This document shows positions 36,017 to 38,751 of a stretch of 38,751 nt of DNA, in pieces. Under the pieces are notes generated by a model. The model made no database searches and was not told the origin of the DNA. It saw only the letters and a program-made list of their open reading frames with translations. This DNA is from a phage: the sequence record PZ465525.1; one strand, written 5' to 3'. The position numbers were made by a program, and so were the translations under genes. Position 1 is the first letter of the stretch; every line of letters begins with the position of its first letter.

Positions 36017-36036
36017 TACGACTCACTAAAGGAGAC
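36014..36036 (+). promoter_or_regulatory. Phage RNAP promoter overlapping the gene 5 stop codon (drives 5.5-5.7-5.9-6)
   Basis: TAATACGACTCACTAAAGGAGAC: class II-type variant (CACTAAAGGAG); the TAA stop of gene 5 is its first three bases. Confidence 0.8.
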
Positions 36037-36040
36037 CACT

Positions 36041-36343
36041 ATGGCTATGACCAAACGATACAAAGTAACCTTCGAGATTACCGCGAAGCTGGCCACCAAG
36101 GAGGTGGAGACGTTCACCAATGGTCTTATCGAGACCTCTCGCAAAATCGTTGAAGGTAAACCCGTTAACCCAGAACTTCGTGCTTGCGTAATGGCTGCCC
36201 TTGAGGGAGGCGTTGAGGCCGCTGTTGAGTGCGTCTATCGCCGTGGTGTTCGTGAACTGATTCGCGATGCCTACAACGAAATGTGCAGCGAAGAACGTGC
36301 AGCCACTAAGTTCTCACCAGCAACCGTGGAGGTGTTGAAATGA
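36041..36343 (+). CDS. 5.5: gp5.5 (H-NS-binding protein homologue)
   Basis: 100 aa starting MAMTKRYKVTFEITAK..., ending ...SPATVEVLK, like T7 gp5.5 (99 aa, recalled). Confidence 0.85.
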   Translation: MAMTKRYKVTFEITAKLATKEVETFTNGLIETSRKIVEGKPVNPELRACVMAALEGGVEAAVECVYRRGVRELIRDAYNEMCSEERAATKFSPATVEVLK

Positions 36344-36549
36344 GTGAGTACATCAAGGTTCTTCAAGCAATCAAGGGCTGCCCTAAGTCCTTTCAGTCTA
36401 ACTACGTGCGGAACAATGCGAGCATCGTTGCGGAGGCCGCTTCCCGTGGGCACATTTCGTGCCTGACTACCGGTGGCCGTAACGCTGGGGTCTGGGAGAT
36501 TACCGCATACGGTGTCCAATTCCTTGACGAAATGGGAGGTTGCGTATGA
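36340..36549 (+). CDS. 5.7: gp5.7 protein
   Basis: 69 aa, MSEYIKVLQAIKGCPKSFQSNYVRNNASIVAEAASRGHISCLTTGGRNAGVWEITAYGVQFLDEMGGCV, near-identical to T7 gp5.7 (recalled). Confidence 0.92.
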   Translation: MSEYIKVLQAIKGCPKSFQSNYVRNNASIVAEAASRGHISCLTTGGRNAGVWEITAYGVQFLDEMGGCV

Positions 36550-36776
36550 GCGTCCGTAAGAGCTGGAATGACGAGGTGGTCTCTATGACTGCCGAAGCAT
36601 GGAACGAGACCTTGAAGAACATCAAGGAACTCGAAGACCGCATTGAGGAGCTTGAGCAGATTCTGGCTGACCATGAAGAAAACGTTGCGTTCCTGTATGC
36701 GCTGGAAACTGCTGGCGTGGACAACTGGGATGGCTACGAGCTTGCTTGCAAGATTTACAAAGGGGAGGGTTTCTGA
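36546..36776 (+). CDS. gp5.9-like acidic protein (probable RecBCD inhibitor / DNA mimic), longer than the T7 version
   Basis: 76 aa from ATG 36546 (RBS GGGAGG); acidic (WNDE..., LEDRIEELEQILADHEENVAFL) resembling T7 gp5.9 (52 aa, recalled) plus ~25 extra C-terminal residues. Confidence 0.65.
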   Translation: MSVRKSWNDEVVSMTAEAWNETLKNIKELEDRIEELEQILADHEENVAFLYALETAGVDNWDGYELACKIYKGEGF

Positions 36777-37690
36777 TGGCTGTGCTGAGTCTAAAAGAGT
36801 TCCGCGATATGCGCGAAGGCTGCGACGGTAAGGGCATCCTTGTGATGGATGGCGACTGGCTGGTCTTTCAAGCAATGAGTGCCGCTGAGTTCGATGCCTC
36901 TTGGGAGGAGGAGATTTGGCACCGCTGCTGTGACCACGCTAAGGCCCGTCAGATTCTTGACGACTCCATCAAGTCCTACTCAACCCGCAAGAAGGCGTGG
37001 AACGGTGCGCCTATCGTTCTAGCCTTTACGGACACCATCAACTGGCGCAAGGAGCTGGTTGACCCGACCTACAAGGATAACCGGAAGGCCACCAAGAAGC
37101 CAGTTGGCTACTTCGAGTTCCTTGACGCCCTGTTCGAGCGTCCTGAGTTCTACTGTGTGCGCGAGGACAAGCTGGAAGGTGATGACGTTATGGGCATCAT
37201 TGGGTCTAACCCCAGTGCCTTTGGCGCTCGCAAGGCGGTCATTATCTCCTGCGACAAGGACTTCAAGACCATCCCTGACTGCGATTTCCTGTGGTGTACC
37301 ACTGGGAACATCCTGACTCAGACCCAAGAGTCTGCCGATTGGTGGCACCTGTTCCAGACCATCAAGGGTGACATAACCGATGGCTACTCTGGGATTGCTG
37401 GCTGGGGAGACTCCGCTGAGGGCTTCCTCAATGACCCGTTCATAACCGAGCCTCAAGTCTCCATATTGAAGTCCGGTAAGAACAAAGGGCAGGAGGCCAC
37501 TAAGTGGGTCAAACGCGCTCCTACCGAATCTGAGACGCTGTGGGACTGCATCGTGTCGATCGCTGCGAAAGCTGGGATGACCGAGGAGGATGTTATTAAG
37601 CAAGGCCAGATGGCCCGCATCCTTCGGTTTAACGATTACAACATCGACACCAAGGAGATTACGCTATGGAGACCTTCGGCATCGTTCTGA
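36776..37690 (+). CDS. 6: gp6 5'-3' exonuclease
   Basis: Start at ATG 36776 (TGATG overlap with 5.9; ORF-track TTG 36746 is upstream); ...EGCDGKGILVMDGDWLVFQAMSAAEFDASWEEEIWHRCCDHAKARQIL... near-identical to T7 gp6 (recalled). Confidence 0.96.
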   Translation: MAVLSLKEFRDMREGCDGKGILVMDGDWLVFQAMSAAEFDASWEEEIWHRCCDHAKARQILDDSIKSYSTRKKAWNGAPIVLAFTDTINWRKELVDPTYKDNRKATKKPVGYFEFLDALFERPEFYCVREDKLEGDDVMGIIGSNPSAFGARKAVIISCDKDFKTIPDCDFLWCTTGNILTQTQESADWWHLFQTIKGDITDGYSGIAGWGDSAEGFLNDPFITEPQVSILKSGKNKGQEATKWVKRAPTESETLWDCIVSIAAKAGMTEEDVIKQGQMARILRFNDYNIDTKEITLWRPSASF

Positions 37691-37776
37691 TAGTCGGCCT
37701 TGCGGCATTACCATATGTGGTGATGATTTTCAAGACTGTCAAGTTCTTCAACGCAATGTCTAAGATTAAGTGGTAA
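37666..37776 (+). CDS. gp6.3-like small hydrophobic protein
   Basis: 36-aa ORF METFGIVLIVGLAALPYVVMIFKTVKFFNAMSKIKW with RBS AAGGAG; overlaps the 3' end of gene 6; at the T7 gene 6.3 position. Confidence 0.5.
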   Translation: METFGIVLIVGLAALPYVVMIFKTVKFFNAMSKIKW

Positions 37777-37842
37777 ACTCAAGGCCCTTATCGAGTCCGA
37801 AATTAATACGACTCACTATAGGGGATAGGGGCCTTTATGATT
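37777..37842 (+). promoter_or_regulatory. RNase III-type hairpin (R6.5-like) with the phi6.5 promoter in its loop
   Basis: ACTCAAGGCCCTTATC...(promoter)...GATAGGGGCCTTTATGATT; arms AAGGCCCTTATC / GATAGGGGCCTT are near-complementary. Confidence 0.7.
37804..37826 (+). promoter_or_regulatory. Phage RNAP class III promoter (phi6.5)
   Basis: TAATACGACTCACTATAGGGGAT. Confidence 0.9.
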
Positions 37843-37890
37843 ATTACTTAAAGACCTTTAAGGTTTAACTTAGAGTGAGGAATCATTATC

Positions 37891-38139
37891 ATGTTAAAAC
37901 CAATCCAACACTTTATGAATCACCCTGAGGATGTGCCCGATGTGCCCCTAGCGGTCGCTGAGTACCTACAGGTTCGATTCAACTATGCGTACCTCGAAGC
38001 AACCGGTCACATTGGTCATATGCGAGCCTCTGGCTGTAGTGAAGCGCACATCCTTGGGTTCATCCAAGGTCTGCAATACGCGGCCAACGTGATTGACGAA
38101 ATCGAGTTGCGTAAGGAGCAACTGAACGAGGAGGAATAA
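37891..38139 (+). CDS. 6.5: gp6.5 protein
   Basis: 82-aa ORF at the conserved position after phi6.5. Confidence 0.8.
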   Translation: MLKPIQHFMNHPEDVPDVPLAVAEYLQVRFNYAYLEATGHIGHMRASGCSEAHILGFIQGLQYAANVIDEIELRKEQLNEEE

Positions 38140-38142
38140 GCT

Positions 38143-38394
38143 ATGTGCTTTTCGCCTAAGATTAGAGTCCCTCAGATGAACGTGGAGAAGGCCCCTGAGC
38201 CCGCACCGCTGACCGAGCTACCAACTGGGGTAGAGTTCGGCGGTGACACTCCGACCGATGGGACTGGGGAGGAATCCGGTCGCAAGACTCTCAAGGTTGA
38301 ACGGAAGGAGACTCCGATGACCAAGCCCAAGAGCGGCCCTAGTGGTAGCATGAAGGCAACAATCCGTAAGTCCGCGTTTGGGAGCACTAAGTGA
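38143..38394 (+). CDS. 6.7: gp6.7 virion protein
   Basis: 83 aa, MCFSPKIRVPQMNVEKAPEPAPLTE...SGRKTLKVER...IRKSAFG..., clearly similar to T7 gp6.7 (recalled). Confidence 0.9.
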   Translation: MCFSPKIRVPQMNVEKAPEPAPLTELPTGVEFGGDTPTDGTGEESGRKTLKVERKETPMTKPKSGPSGSMKATIRKSAFGSTK

Positions 38395-38751
38395 TGACCA
38401 AGAAGCGGTTCGTTAGCGTAGAGGCGGTCAGTCGCTTCCACGCGATTATGTGGACTGTGCAGTACCTTGGGGTGCCCACTGGTTTCCGCGACTTCTGGGA
38501 TTACGAAGGATACGTCAATAACATCATGGACGCTGCTGAGTTCGAGGAGGAGTACATCATGGACTCCACTACTGGCAACTTGGTGGCCTACTTCACGTGG
38601 TGTGTCAGTAACGACATTCACCACAAGGGAGACATAATGGACGTGACGAACTTGGTGATTGACCCAGAGTTCGAGTCGCGGGAACTCCATAAGTTCCTGA
38701 GTGGTCGCTTTAAGGAGCTGGCCGAGCTGAATGGTCTACAATGGGTGTCCC
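38394..38751 (+). CDS. 7: Gene 7 host-range/virion protein, N-terminal part (truncated by the window end; continues at 1-174)
   Basis: ATG 38394 overlaps the 6.7 stop (TGATG); MTKKRFVSVEAVSRFHAIMWTVQYLGVPTGF... is in frame with bases 1-174 once the 121-bp end overlap is removed. Confidence 0.8.
   Translation, partial: MTKKRFVSVEAVSRFHAIMWTVQYLGVPTGFRDFWDYEGYVNNIMDAAEFEEEYIMDSTTGNLVAYFTWCVSNDIHHKGDIMDVTNLVIDPEFESRELHKFLSGRFKELAELNGLQWVS
38631..38751. repeat. 121-bp exact duplicate of window positions 1-121 (circular-assembly overlap, not a biological repeat)
   Basis: 38631-38751 (GACATAATGGACGTGACGAACTTGG...ATGGGTGTCCC) is identical to 1-121; it lies inside gene 7. Confidence 0.9.

Noticed and set aside
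38631-38751. Identical 121-bp sequence at both window ends as a possible biological direct terminal repeat
   Set aside because: It lies inside gene 7, far from the genome ends expected for a T7-like phage. The identity is best explained by the overlap left when a circular or concatemeric assembly is linearised.

Overview
This window is a complete, circularly permuted genome of a T7-like podophage (Autographiviridae, T7 supergroup), about 38.63 kb unique; the last 121 bp (38631-38751) repeat bases 1-121, which looks like a circular-assembly overlap. All credible genes are on the + strand. Gene order is 7 (wrapping the window ends), 7.3, 8, 9, 10A/10B, 11, 12, 13-16, 17, 17.5, 18, 18.5/18.7, 19, 19.5, then the concatemer junction (terminal repeat, host-type promoters A1-A3), then the early genes (SAM-cleaving enzyme, 0.6-like, Ocr-like, 0.7 kinase, gene 1 RNA polymerase) and the class II DNA-metabolism genes 1.1 to 6.7. 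About 15 phage promoters match the T7 consensus TAATACGACTCACTATAGGGAGA, with RNase III-type hairpins, the T-phi late terminator and a TE-like early terminator. Comparisons to T7/T3 are from memory, not from a database search. The most notable features are: (1) the DNA polymerase gene 5 is split at catalytic motif C by a ~602-nt group I-type intron carrying an HNH homing endonuclease ORF; (2) the early region carries both a T3-type SAM-cleaving enzyme and an Ocr-like DNA mimic with a ~65-aa C-terminal extension that contains a promoter-like relic; (3) the tail fibre has a T7-like N-terminus but a different, longer C-terminal region; (4) several T7 genes (0.4, 0.5, 3.8, 4.7, free-standing 5.3, 7.7) are absent. 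No tRNA, rRNA or CRISPR features were recognised.
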